Of a stretch of 64,000 nucleotides of DNA, positions 43,377 to 58,960 are shown piece after piece (the first letter of the stretch is position 1; each line of letters starts with the position of its first letter). The notes beneath the pieces were generated by a model that was given only the letters and a program-made list of their open reading frames with translations, had not been told where the DNA came from and did not search any database. The stretch is taken from NCBI RefSeq assembly GCF_009914755.1, contig NC_060925.1. One strand, written 5' to 3'. The DNA is from the human T2T-CHM13v2.0 reference genome, Homo sapiens. The position numbers were made by a program, and so were the translations under genes.

Positions 43377-44371
43377 TCTGGGTAACGGGCCAACTTCATG
43401 GACTAGTAGGCATTTTGGGAGATGGTCTTAAGGTAGCAGTAAGTAAGAGCTGAGCAGCTCACGTGATAGGAGCACTTTGGGAGGCTGAGGTGGGGAATTT
43501 GTGACTACTTTTTTGTTCATTATCATAAGCAGAAAGAGTTTCTTAAAGTTAATGCATGTCTGACTTCTAAGTAGAATCTACTGTTCCCCTTTCTAATCAT
43601 TTTCTGCACCACAGGCAGAGTCATCTTTCCACTTCTCTGTAAAACACATTTTCCCTTCTCTCAGGATATAATCCCAAATCTTTTATACAGTTGAAATGGC
43701 TTTGCTGGGCCCTGCCTATCTCTCCACTGTAGTCTCAGATTCTACTCCCATCAGTTCTCAGTGATCCAAAGTACTGTCCTCCTCTCAAATTCCCCAACAT
43801 GTTCCTCTTCACCATAGGGCCTCTGTACATGTAGTTCCCTTGGTCTGGAATCCTCAGCCCTCCATCGCACAAATCTAGTTAACCTTAACTCATAATCTCA
43901 TCAGATCACAGCTCTTAAAGTCACTTACTCTGTGAAGCTCTCCTCAACCCACTCTGTGTCAAGTTCCTTTGACAAATGCTCTTACAGAACGGTTCCTTTC
44001 AGAACTCTTTCAAATATTTAGCTGATGATTATTGATTTCTCTCTCCTAATGGTCCTAAGTTCCAAAACATAAAACATAAAAACCTTCCCTGTGATTCCAA
44101 GAGAATGGGAACCATGTCTTCTATTGCATATGCTGTGTTGAACAACTAATGCTGTTTTGAACAACTAAAAGGTAGTAGTCAACCTAATGAAGGAACACAG
44201 ACAACACAGGCTGACTATAAATGAATAAAGCCCTGATATCAGTCAATTATAGGAATTAAACACAACAAATTTTCCTTTTATTAACTTCAACTGGTTTCAT
44301 CAGACACATTGCATATTTCTGGGTAGCCTGCCCCTAGCCACCAGTGAGTGCACAAAAAGATCCAAGCTTAT

Positions 44372-44712
<341 letters not shown>

Positions 44713-45691
44713 TCATGCAATCAATTTAAAAGTGCATGAAAGGTAATAGAAATTGTCATTATACACCTTATCTCAATTAGTGATATACCTAATTCACATG
44801 CCTCATGATCAGTTATTTTGTAGGAATTTGCAGGAAAATTTTTAAAATTTCCTAGGTATGTAAATGTACTGATATGCACTGAAAACTTAAAAGGCTGCCT
44901 ATGAGATATAATTTACAATAGGGTAATGTCAAAATATAGTATTGCATAGGCAACTTTTTGCCCCCAAATTAAAAATTTGTCAACTAGCTAATTTGCTTTT
45001 AAACTGTATATAAGCATTCTAATATATTTCGGTTTTGGGGGGGGAGCCTCTCATTTTAATGTGATGTGTGATAAACAGACTTTTTACAATGGTTCTAATA
45101 TCACTACTATTTCTCTGAATTGAGAAAATAAGGAAAATTTAAATCTCTGTCACATTTATTGTTGTATCATTAGCCTTCTGGTACCTAAACAATGACTATC
45201 TCCAGATTAAACTGTGTAATTTTAACAGACAGTACAAATTTTTACTGTTTCCTTAAATATCACAGTAATATTTAAAGTGGGTTGAATAAATTTTTTAAAT
45301 AACTTTGTATAATAGATGACATGAAGGTATACTGTAACTCCCTTTCAGATTTATGATTCTTTTCCTGAATACTTTAAGGATACCTTTCAATATATACAGA
45401 TAAATAGATATATTGATAAATAGATACATTTATCAGTATACCTTGAATGCATATATGCACATCTAGATGCATTTATCCTATTTACTTGCCACAGCAAACC
45501 AAAAGTCACACATCTGACTCAATGCACCACATCTTGTTATTACATTCTAAAAGTATGGTTAAATATTCATTACAAAAATCAAAGTCATCATTTTTGGCAA
45601 ATTTTCTTCAGTAAGCAGCATCTGATAATTCCAAATAATTTAACTCCACTCATTAATTCATTCACTATAAAGAACAACACTTTAAATGCAA

Positions 45692-46521
45692 TGTTACAGA
45701 TTGAATTGTGTTCCCCCCAAAATTCATATGTTGAAGCCCTAGTACAAAGTTAAAATGAAGCCATTAGGGTAGGCCCTAATCCAGTCTAACTGGTGTCCTT
45801 ATAAGAAGATTAGGACATACAGAGAGACACCAAGGATGGGCATGCACTGAGAAAGGGCCATGTAAGGACACACGGAGAAGACAGCCATCTGCAAGCCAAG
45901 GAGAGAGGCCTCAGGAGAAGCCAAGCCTGCAAACATCTTGATCCTGGACTTCTAGCCTCCAGAAATGTGAGAAAATAAATTTCTATTGTTTAGGCTACCC
46001 AGTCTGTGGTACAATAGTCACCCCTCATCTGCAGTTTCGCTTTCTGAGGTTTCAATTACCTAGTCAACTATGGTCTGAAAATATTAAATCGAAAATTCCA
46101 AAAATAAACAATTCAAACCTTTTAAATTGCACACAGTTCTGTGTAGTGTGATGTAATCTCACACTGTCCTGCTCCATCCTACCCAGGTTATGTATAAACC
46201 ATCCCTTTGTCCTGTGTATCCATGCTGTAAATGCTCCCTATCTATTAGCCATCTTAGTTATCAAATCAACTGTCTAGGTATCGTAGTGCTTGTGCTAAGT
46301 AAACCTTACTTTACTTAATTGTTCTATTATTATTGTTTTAAATCTCTCATTGTGTCTAATTTATAAATTAAACTTTATCACAGATATGTGTATGTAGGAA
46401 AAAAACAGCCCATATAGGTTCTGTACTGAGGTTTTCGCATCCACTGGAGGTACTGGAATGTATCCCCCACGGATTAGGTAGGTCTACTGTAGATTCTTAT
46501 GGCAGCCCTAGCAGACTAATA
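45692..46521 (+). mobile_element. MLT1A/B LTR interrupted by a MER44 (about 46012-46489)
   Basis: tgttacagattgaattgtgttcccc start and ggcagccctagcagactaat end. The MER44 is inserted at a TA. Confidence 0.85.
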
Positions 46522-47369
46522 TGCTCAACTTGGCAGAACAAATGAGATGTTTTAAATCACACTGCATTTAAGTTCTACTGTGATATACATGAATATTTCT
46601 ATCTTCTGAAAACACAAAACTAAGGTCATCTCCAACATGCTTTATGCTAAATGCTGAGATGTGAGCAGAATACCAGTTTAGACATAAGAACAAGTTTGCC
46701 TAAGAAAATATTTGGTGGTCCTGCCTATTCATATTATTGCAACCCTATACAGCAATTAGATTAATATCTGGATAAGCACCTATGTCAATTTCCTTAAGTA
46801 AACAACTTAGCTCCTGTATAATTGACATTTAAAACATATGGATCTCCTTTCAGCCCATACAATAGAAAACCTGTATTCAGGGCCCTTGCAAATGATCTTA
46901 ATCAAAATAAATTGCTAACTATCCTTTCTTGTCGCTGAGAAAATTCTAGACCAGTACTAAGAACCTAGCTGTGCTTCAGATAAACTTGGGAAACTTTTAA
47001 AAATGACAGATTGTGCAACTCCTCCCCTGGAATTTGATTCCACTTTACCAAGGCCTATAGACTTTTTAAAGCACCCCATACAACTTGTATTTGTAGCCAA
47101 AACAATCTAGAGAATTTTTAAATATTGCTGTACTTGAAGACTTTTTTAAAACTACTAATGTTCAGTCCCCTTCTGAAAAATTCCAATCTAAATGACTCTG
47201 GCAATGGTGTGTGTGCGAATATCTCCTTTGACATTGTAAAGTGCAGCCATAATTGAAAACAATGGTCTAGAGTTCAGATATCATATGATTATCAAGTGTT
47301 GTAATTAGTGTGAAGCATATACAACCAAATACCAGGGTATATAAGTGATTATCTATTAAAAAAATATAT

Positions 47370-47700
<331 letters not shown>

Positions 47701-47739
47701 TCATTTATCCAGGTAGAAAAGAGATTGAGAACCTCAAAC

Positions 47740-49745
47740 AAAATACTAGCAAACAAAATTAAACAGCACATTAAAAGTATTATACACCGTAAGCAAATGA
47801 GATTTATTTCTGGAATCCAAGGATAGTTCATCAACATAAAAAAAAAAAATCAATGTAACACAGCACATTAACAAAAGAATGGACAAAAACCCATGACCAT
47901 CACAATTGATGCAAAAAAAAAAAAAGACAAAATTCAATATTCTTTTGTTAATAAACAGATCCAACAAACTAGGAATAGAAGGAAACTACTTCAATGTAAT
48001 AAAAGCAATATTCAAACATTTCTTTCTTTCTTTTTTTTTGGTGGGGGGACAGAGTCTCACTATGTCACCCAGGCTGAAGTGCAATGGCGTGATCTCGGCT
48101 CACTGCAACCTCCACCACAGGGTTCAAGCGATTCTCCTGCCTCAGCCTCCTGAGTAGCTGGGATTACAGGTGCATGTTACCACATCCAGCTAATTTTTGT
48201 ATTTTTGGTAGAGATGGGATTTCACCATATTGACTAGGCTGGTCTCAAACTCCTGATCTCATGATCCATACACCTCGGATCCCAAAGTGCTGGGATTACA
48301 GGTGTGAGCCACCACGCCAGGGCAAGAAAAGCCCACTTCTACGTAACATTGTACTAGAATTCCTAGCCAGAGCACTTAGGGGAGGGGATGAGGAGAAGAG
48401 GTGAGAAGGAGAGAGGGAGTCTGACTGCTCTCCCAAGTCTCACCTCCTTTCAATCAGATAGAAACCAGGCCCTTTTTTCATCATTTCTCAGAACACTTCC
48501 AAGTATTACTTCTCATTATTCTCATATTCTTATATTATTCCGTTTGCATTTTAAGCATACAGTGTAAAGGCTGGAAAACAATGAAACATGCAAGTAAGCA
48601 GCTGTAGTCCCAGCTACTCAGGAGGCTGAGGCATGACAATCACTTGAATCCAGAGGCAGAGGTTGCAGTGAACCAAGTCATTACACCACTGCACTCCAGT
48701 GTGGGCGACACAATGAGACTCTGTCTAAACAAACAAACAAACAAAGACTAATTGAACTTTGTGAAAATGTAAAAATTTTTGTGCAACAAAAGATACAGAG
48801 TAAAGAAAACCAATGGAATGGGAGAAAATATCTCTGCAAATCATGTTATCTAACAAGGGATTAATATCTAGAACATATACAGAACTACAACTCAACAGAA
48901 AAACAACATGATTAAAAAATGGGCAAAAGACTTGAATAGACATTTCTCCAAGGACATTCATATGGCCAATAAGCATATGAAAAGATGCTCAACATCACTA
49001 ATTATTAGACAAATACAAATCAAAACCATAATGACACATCATAGCCACTATCAAAAAACAAAAAACAAAATGTCAAGTGTTGGCAAGGATGGAGAGAAAC
49101 AGGAACATTTGTGCACTGTTGGTGGGAATGTCAAATGGTGCAGCCACTACAGAAAACTATGGTGGCTCCTCAAAAAACTAAAAATAGAATTACCATATGA
49201 TCCAGCAATTCCACTTCTAGGTATATATCCTTGAAAATTGAAAGCAAGGTCTTGAAGAGATATTTGTACACCCATGTTCACTGCAGCATTGTTCACAATA
49301 GCTAAATGGTGGAAGCAACACAGGTGTCCACCAATGGACAAATAAACAACATGTGTTACATACATACAATACAGTATTATGCAGACTTAAAATGGGAGGA
49401 AATTCTGCAAAATGCTGTAACATGAATGAACCGTGAAAACATCACACTTGTGAAATAAGCCAGTCACAAAAAGACAAACACTATATGATTCTGCTTATGA
49501 GACACTTAGTCAAATTCAAAGAGAGAAAAATGGTGATTTCCAGGACCTCAGGAGCAGGAGAAACGGAGGAATTGTTGTTTAATGGGTACAGAGTTTCAGT
49601 TTCGCAAGACAAAAAGTTATGAAGATGGATGGTGGTGATGAGTGCACATTATAAATGTATATAGGAACACTCAACTGTACACTTAAAAATGGTTAAAATG
49701 GCAAATTTCATGTTACATATAGTTTACCATAATAAAAAAAAAAAC
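47740..49745 (+). mobile_element. L1MA/MB fragments with nested minus-strand Alu (48020-48323) and Alu right monomer (48600-48745)
   Basis: Track [18 protein letters not shown]...[16 protein letters not shown] is the L1 ORF2 C-terminus. Confidence 0.9.
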
Positions 49746-50468
49746 TAGAAAAAAATTACCAATGGGGATGAGGTGGAGATCAATAAATAACAAATATGTC
49801 TGGGTTTGCTCCAGAATAACCTGAGAGGGAGGAAAAAATGGGTGAGAGTATAATACATAAATGGGTGAGAGTATAATAAAGTAAGAGTATACATGTAATT
49901 ATGTATTTTCCTGTGTAGTATTTCTTATGTTATTTCACTGAATTATTTTAATATTTACTAAATTATTTTACCACTCTGTTGAGAGCAGTATAACATAAGC
50001 CTTTAATAGCAGACTCTCAAGTTAAACTACCCCGTTCAAATCCTAGGTCTTCCATTGTTAAACTCGTATTTTAGTTTTGTTATCTGTAAAATGAGGATTG
50101 AGTTAATATTGAAAAAGTACTTATAACAGTGCCTGGCAGATAGTAAGCACTATATAAATGTTAAATAAGTCTGCATTTATCATGGTTTTTATTTTTAATC
50201 CATCAGACAAAAAATATCTGTGTTAAGTGTAGAAAGAGTAAACATCATATAAACTTTTGTTTAAGAAAACATATATATATATAAGGTAACCACGATTTTT
50301 GTTTTTACCAGTTTAAAAAATAGAAGAGCCCGTCATCTATAGAGGGCACTGCAGGAGACGTCAATATTTAGCACTTCATTATCTTGTGATACTTTTAAGT
50401 CATTCAATTTATAGGTGGCTCAGTTTGCAATCATAAATATCAAGAGAAAGTGACTTCCTAGTAATGAG

Positions 50469-50946
50469 ATGTAGGAAATGCTGCCCCCAAAATATGGCAC
50501 CTTGGCATTTGAGAAAACAGCAGAAGCAGGAAGGTCTCTCTTCTGACTTTCTCATTTTTTTCTCCCCTGAAGTAAGCCATAAAATCTAGGAAAGTCATTC
50601 TCTGACTTTCTCTCCCTTCTCTCCTAAAACTTTTATGGGATAGGTGTCCGTATAGATGTGTCACACAGAGATGCCAAGAAGAATCTGAACAAACAGGCTC
50701 TGCTAAGTCCACCCCAGTTTATCACCATTAGATCATACCCTTTTGTCCTCTAATCATACTCCTGCATGACTGTCCATCTCTACTAAAAATACAAAAATTA
50801 GCTGGGCAAGGTGGTGGGCGCCAGTAATCCCAGGCTGAGGCATGAGAATCATTTGAACTTGGGAGGCAGAGATTGCAGTGGGCCAAGATTGCGCCACTGC
50901 ACTCCAGCCTGAGGGATACAGCAAGACTCTTGTCTCAAAAAAAAAA
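50469..50946 (+). mobile_element. ERV1 LTR (MER34/MER39 group) fused to a half Alu (50773-50946)
   Basis: tgtaggaaatgctgcccccaaaatatggcacc start, with an abrupt junction tgtccat|ctctactaaaaataca. Confidence 0.7.
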
Positions 50947-50949
50947 GAA

Positions 50950-51720
50950 TTTGAGGGACATTAAGATTTCACGCTGATGATTCTCACATCTCGAGTTATA
51001 GATAGGTCTCATATCTAACTGCCACCTGACATTTCTACTCAGAAGTCCTGAGCTACTTAAAGCTTAATACATCTAAAATGTAGCTCTTGTTCTCTCCAAA
51101 TGTTCTTCTTCACAGTTCCTATCTGTGAATAATACAGCACTACTGCCCAGCTAGAAACATGAGTCATACTTAACTCCTTTCTTATTCTCCTACTCCCACC
51201 TCCATTACAATTAACCACCAAAGCTGGTCTCTTTTGCTGTGTAAATCTCTCTCAAATCCAACCACATCTTTCTATCCCCACTTCTACCACTCTCAAGTCA
51301 GGCCAGCATGCTCCCCATACTAACTAGTCATCCTGAATCCAATCCAGCTTTCCCTGTGATCTGTTCTCCCCATTTTAATTAGGTTCATTTGCTAAAACAG
51401 ATAGAATAAAGTCATTTCCTCACATTTAAACTCCTTCAATGGTTTATAAAAACCTCAATAAAATAGCCCAGCCTTACTCTCTCGTCTAATCTCTTGAGAC
51501 TAGCCACTCCCCACATCCACACCCCACGGTGAGCTCTACATTCAAAACTTACATTTATTTCAGTTCCAGCAATCTTCCCTTTCTGTTACCTCTCATCCTT
51601 TGAACATGCTATTTCTTCTGCTAACAGTCCTTCCCCACATTTTTTATCCACATTAATCACCAACAGTTCCTCCAAGTTTCAGTTTAAGTGTCACTTCTGG
51701 GAGGCCTTGCCATATTTCCA
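50950..51720 (+). mobile_element. L2 LINE fragment
   Basis: catatctaactgccacctgacatttctact...gctagaaacatgagtcat. Confidence 0.65.
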
Positions 51721-52012
51721 TCCAGTCATTAAATAGACATTTATTAAATGTCTATGAGTAAAGTATTAGCTATATTAAAGTACTGAATATATCTTAAGAA
51801 ATAAAACAGACATGGCCCTTGCCTTCCAGGAACAGAGACTATCACAGTACTAATGATACTTGATTATAATTACATATTTAGTTATCTTTTCTCCTCAGAC
51901 TAGTAAAGTGTGATCTAAAACCAACTTAATTACAATCACCAATTCATAAAACATCAGATGAATCAATAAAATATTAAACAAAAATTTACTGAGCCCACGG
52001 GCTTCAGCCTAG

Positions 52013-52384
<372 letters not shown>

Positions 52385-54676
52385 TAGTAAATCAGAGGTC
52401 AGAAGACTTAGGTTCCAATTCTGTTTCTGCAATTATCTACCTGACCTCAAGCCAGTCATTCATTATTTCTGAATCTCTTACCCTTAAGTGTAACATTAGA
52501 ATAATCAAAATAATGATGAGTATGAAGGCTTTCACAGTATCATTTATTTCTTGGTGTATTCAAAAAAATTAAACTTGTTTAAACAGTTTGAAAAAATAGC
52601 ACAAGGAAACAGTTCAAATAATAAATTCCTAAGCTGTGGTAAAATGTGAACTTCAGTACATTTAAGAAACTGCCAGTAACTCTGGCAATATGGACATCCA
52701 GTTAAATGAAACTGTTTTTACGAAATAATGTCTAGCAACTAAAATAAGAGCTTTAGTTCATGCCCCCTCTGCCCATATTTTCCCAAGGTCAAAATTCTAT
52801 TCTTTTTTTCAACTCTAAATGATATCTTGCTCTATGAAGCCTTTCCTGACTTCTTCCTTAAAAACGTCCTCCTCAGGCCTACTACTACACTATACTACTC
52901 AGACTTGGCAGTATTGTGTTCATCACTTGTACTATAACTAGTTGCATGGTACTGGGAATTCTAATGACTAATGCATCCCTAACATATAGCACAGTGACTA
53001 GAATATTAGATTTCAATAAAGGCTTACTGAATGCCTTGTTTTATTTAGCACTTTTATTTACAGTTTAGACCAATCATAGAAGGCTAAAGTATAGCCATGG
53101 CAAAATTCTTTGGTCTGAAGGAGCAGTTTTATGGTTTCCTGTTCACATATTGGAATGATATTTGCCGCTTAGCCTTTGTTAGGTTTAAAAACATTTCAGA
53201 TTTGGATAGAAACTTTTATACTAAAGACAAGCATGGCTGAAACTTTCTTTGGAAAAACTACTGACAGCTCAACTTCAAAAGAGAACAATGTAGCCTCCCT
53301 TTAAACAAATTTAACAGCACAGTGAAACCAAGGGTGAGTTTTAAGAGATGTAGATCAAGACAGACAGATATACAGTTGACCCTTCATATCTGAAGGGGAT
53401 TGGTTCCAGGACAACCCCCTAGATACCAAAATCCACAGATGCTCAAATCCCTTATATAATATGGCATAGTACTTTAAACATATCTAGGAATAAAGGCATC
53501 ACACTAGAAAATACTATTAAAAAATACCAAAATATGCCAATTTGTAAAAATAACTCAGAGAAATCCATCACAGAAACATTAAGGATTTTCTCAGCTCTTT
53601 TTTTCTGGTTGTAAATTTAAGTATTTAAGTTTTCTAGAATTAAATACTTAAAAAAAAAAAGGAGTTCACTCACATTAAAGCTGGAATTAAGACTAACAAC
53701 TGTAGCTTATCATACATAATAAGGATAGTAAAAAATAACCACAAAGAAGCAAAGTATTCTAATGATTGCGTTGTAAAAGACATCAGATTTTAAGCAGTCT
53801 GCTATCAATCTAGACTTAATGAACCTAATATTTAGTAATGGCTTTTATTTTCTTTTTATTTACAGGCTATGCTGATGTTAGTTTGTAGCAAACTATAAAG
53901 AAATTTACCATAAGGAAATATTTATCCTAAAAAAATAGTATGAAGGGAAAAAAAGGCAAATAATCTGATTATTCAATATTAAATAACTTTGACTGTAATA
54001 CCTAAAACACAAAGGTATGTTAATTGATGGAACTGATGGACTTAACAGTAAAAAATAAAAATCTTCACATATATTCTCCAACAGAACTTAAGTTGTAATG
54101 AAGGTGATATTTCAAACCTTTGAGCACTCTCACAATTTAAAAAATGCCCAGTAAAATAAATACCACTTTCCACCAATTAGACTAGCAAGGATAAAACAAA
54201 TATTTAGCAGAATGTGGGAAAACAGATATTCTCATAAACTAGCAATAAGAGTATTAAGTGGTACAACCTCATTGCAGTTTTATTACATCAGAAGTTAAAG
54301 GGCACATATCCTTGATCCAGCAATCTACTGCTACAAATTATCCTGACACTCTCACACACTCCCGTTAATACCATCAAAAATATTTATTGCAGCAGTACTT
54401 ATATACAGGCAAAAAATCCTGAGACTTACCTAAATATTAATAAGGTAACAGTTATAATAAATGTGGTAAATATATGGAAAAATGTCCAAAATATATTGAT
54501 AAGCAGAAAGAAAAAGATGTAGAATACATACCAGCTATTTTTGGTAACTTATGGGGAGTATAGTGCTGGGTGGGAGAGAAGAGTTTTACTTTTTACTTTA
54601 AACATTGCTGTACTATTTGCTCATAAGGTCACATGTGACTTTTATAAAAAATTTATATTTTGAAAATACTAAATGT

Positions 54677-54975
54677 GGCCAGGTGCAGTGGCTCACGCCT
54701 ATCATCCCAGCACTTTGGGAGGCTGAGGCCGGTGGATCGCCTGAGGTCAGGAGTTTGAGACCAGCGTGGCCAACACAGTGAAACCCCATCTCTACTAAAA
54801 ATACTAAAATTAGCCAGGTGTGGTGGCATGCACCTATAGTCCCAGCTACTCAGGAGGCTGAGGCAGGAGAAACGCATGAACTCAGGAGGCGGAGGTTGCA
54901 GGGAGCCAAAATAGTGCCATTGCACTCCAGCCTGGGCAACAAGAGCAAAACTTTGTCTTAAAAAAAAAAAAAAAA
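54677..54975 (+). mobile_element. AluS element
   Basis: Alu consensus with A-tail. Confidence 0.94.
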
Positions 54976-55753
54976 GTGAAATACTAAATACTAACTGTTA
55001 CTTGGCAATACAGCTGGAAAGGGTCAATGTACGTTGTACAATCTCATCTAGAATGAAGGACAAAGAATTTTATTAATTAAAAAGTCTTCTTTTTCATGCT
55101 ACAACAAAGGGCAGCACATCTACAATGCTACTAAAGAAACTGAAGTACAGAGAGGTTAAGTTAGAAATTAGAGAAATTAATCTAAGACAAATATCCATAA
55201 AGAATTTCAAATCCTTGGATTCGGGGATTCTGCAGTCTTAGCAGCAGCTGCCTATGTTAAATATTGAAGCACAAAATGAAGACGAAGACTCTGCAACGGA
55301 GGTACAGCTAGCAGCCTCTGAGAAGAAAAATTAGTCTAAAGTCTTTGTGGAGACATGTAAGTTAGGCAATCTCAAGGTTAAATTTCTCTGGCTCCTCAAC
55401 TCTAACCAACAACATGACTAAACACACTTCACAATCAGGATTTAAAAAAAAAAAAAAAGAACCAAGGTCTATATACGGTAAGAATCTATGTCTAAGAAAA
55501 CCCTTGTGGGAAGACAGAAGGAACAGCATGAGAAAATGTCAACGTCTAACTCTGTGTTCAAACATTATGGCAGAAGCTGCAGAAAGGAAAAGCAACAAAT
55601 TGATCCCTGTGGGGAAGAACCTCTTCTTGCTTTGGACTTGCTAGAGGGCAATCAAGCTTCAGGCATAAAAATCTCCAGATGATTACTATAGCCAACCCAA
55701 CTAGCCAAATTTCAAACACAGAAAAAAAAAGAACCACTAGTCAAAATGCTTTA

Positions 55754-56121
<368 letters not shown>

Positions 56122-57199
56122 TTACATATCTACAATTTAAAAAAATTTAAGTACCTTTAAACAAATAGCAAGCTTCCTAAGCTGTGGGAATCAAAAATGT
56201 TATCACAGTTCCAGGCTATGATTCTACAATTTCTTCCTCCATCCTAACAGTTTTTTACCTTCAGAGAAATAAGGAAAAGTTTTCTTCACTTCTTACACGT
56301 GTGACTAGTGTTCCCAATCTTCTACTTGTATTAGTCTAACATTCCAAAATCTTTAAAGAAATAACTAGTACAAACCCACAAAGAAAATACTCTTCATAGC
56401 AAACACTTCAAATTTCTGCAACATGGATTAATACCTCCACTTGGAAATACTAATCAAAATCAACAATGACAGTCTTACTTTAGGTCTGAATTAAGAATAT
56501 TTTACTAGCCACTGTATTTCAACTGGATTGAATGAAGACTTGGGAAATATTTTATTTCTCTTTCTAAAATGTCTATAATGCTGTCTGTGGATTATCCTCA
56601 GTGGCTCCTTCCTATGGCCCAACAGCAACTCAAGTGCCAATGCCCCCATCCCATTCCAGCTAGCATTCTGAATCTCTATTTGCCTGGGAGAACTCTTTTC
56701 ATTGGTCAATGTTTAACAAAACATTTACTGAATGCACACAGTATTCCCAGCACTGTGCTAAGATAAACGAGACATGGATGGTATCTACCTTCAAACTCAT
56801 ACTCTAATAAAGAAGACAAACTACGGCCAGGCATGGCTTAAAGGATCAGATGATGCTTCAGATAGGCTATTTCAGAAGATAAGCTGACAACTAGCAAAGA
56901 GGTCTCTGGCAACTGGGGAGGCATGGGATTGAGGGAAAGTGACAACATGTACCTAGGACTAGAACTAGGAATATGAAACATCATACTTAGTTTATTCATA
57001 TAATCCTCAGCATTCTGGCATAGCTACGGTGAGATAACTGCATGCCGTGTTATAAGGTTTACTACATTTTATTCTGAAAGTGATGGGGGACAATTAAAGA
57101 GACAGGTAGAAGAAGGAAAAGAGTATAAAAAAGTTAGCAAGTAGGAACAGAGATATGGAGAATCCAATAAACCAAATCACTGAGAAAACATAAATACTT

Positions 57200-57590
57200 T
57201 GTAGTGTGTTCATACAATGGAATATTACTAAAAATAAAACAGCAATAAAAAATAATGAACTGCTGACATAGTCACAACATAGATGAAGCTCAAGAACATT
57301 ATGTTGAATGAAAAAGCCACATACAAGAGTACATACTATATATAAAATCCAAGAACAGGCAAAACTAAATTATGCTGACAGAATTCAGAAAGATGATTAC
57401 TTCAGGGGAAAAGGCTATTAGACTGGAAGCGGGGAAAGCACAAGGAACTTTCCAAAGTAATGAAATGTTCTATATCTTGATCTAGATGGTGGTTACACAT
57501 ATGAATGTGTATGTGAAAAGTCATTCAGCTCTATACCTCAAATTTTATGTTACCATATATATGTAAACTATACCATAATAAAAAAGAAAA
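57200..57590 (+). mobile_element. L1MC/ME 3'UTR fragment
   Basis: catacaatggaatattac...agaacaggcaaaactaaattatg...tgttctatatcttgatc. Confidence 0.7.
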
Positions 57591-58916
57591 AACTACATAT
57601 ATAAGCATGGTGAAAAATAAGGTCAGAATAAGTTAAACCAGTGTCATCCCACAAGCAATATCAAACATAGAAAATCAGAACAAAAGTTTTAACAGACACT
57701 GTATATTCAACTAGAAAACAAACCCTAATAAGACCTTCAAGTACAAAAGAATGGCTTCTTCTCCACTTTAAGAAGATACATAGGCAAGTGTTATTTCTAA
57801 TAAATGCTACAGAAGTAAATTATTATTCCTAAAGAAAAACAGCCCACTATAAAGCAAAAAATAAAATTTTTCTACACAACAAGAGGAGGTACTATAACGA
57901 TCAATAAGGTATGACAAGCACTTAACAGAATTTAGAGCACAATAAGTACTCTTCAAACTACCACTACTGTTATTATTATATAATAGCAATAAAAGCAAAA
58001 TTTTGCTTCAAAACATGCCCAAACCACTGACTGAGATTTCCTTCAGTGCATATTACTGAACTACAGCACTTTTCATCCTAGACTTTTTTTTTCTTTAACA
58101 AACATTGAGATCAGCAAATTTTTGACAGCTGAAACATCTGGTTAGAGGGAAAACCAAGTTAACTCCAATTTTTTCAATGTTCTTTTTCCCTTGTTTCCAT
58201 TTTGAAGCCATATTCACTTACCAATAAATAGTAAATGTATCTTTTTAAAACATGTCAACGGCTTATATTATTAAAAAGCATTCTTTCACATACCAAAGTA
58301 CATGATGCCAATTCAATTTTTTAAAAGTGAACAGCCTTAGAAAGCTAATCAGAATGCTATATTAGAGAGGTCATTCAGTAGAGACACCCACTAGGAAAAC
58401 ATTAAAACAATAATTTACAATTTTGAATACTATATTAACAGAAAGAAATCACAATTTGGCAAATTTATCCCATTTGGGAAAGTGCTTCCTTAACATTAAA
58501 AATGAAGCAAAATTCACAAAAGCAATGACTATTCATATACTTTATCAACAAAGGAGAGAACAATGAAGTGACACAATAAATGTCTTACTGAAGTGGTCAG
58601 AGTTCAATAAGAGTGGCTGAACCAAACATTAACTTGATTTTCTAACATTTTAGAATATTCACTGGAAACTTGAATGCTTTAGTTAACCTCAACACAAAAG
58701 AAGGAAACTAAAAATTTAGTTCCACAATGTGATAGTTATAATTTTACTCCCATCAAATCAACTGGACCAAGTGTGTCAAAAAGTCAATTATTTGCATTTC
58801 AAAATTTTATTTAAAAACTCTTTGGTTCTGAACTCAACACCACATTTTTAAGACATAATTTTTTTGTATTATTCCTACCTTGATATGTACATTTAACAAA
58901 GCAGTCTTCTACTTAC

Positions 58917-58960
58917 CTAGATTTTGTCTTATTAACATCTTGCTGCAAGAACGATCTCAT
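58917..58960 (-). CDS. ZNF644: ZNF644 first coding exon (exon 2), coding part MRSFLQQDVNKTKS+AG; whole exon 58917-58977 including 17 nt of 5'UTR
   Basis: Minus strand reads tttctttcag|GTTTGATTTAATTTTGG ATG AGA TCG TTC TTG CAG CAA GAT GTT AAT AAG ACA AAA TCT AG|gtaagt. The phase-2 end joins exon 3 in frame (AG|A CTA AAT GTG = R L N V) and matches the ZNF644 N-terminus I recall. Confidence 0.93.

Noticed and set aside
50335-50352. Additional CTCF-like motifs (also about 22512-22527)
   Set aside because: Partial matches at a frequency plausible by chance.
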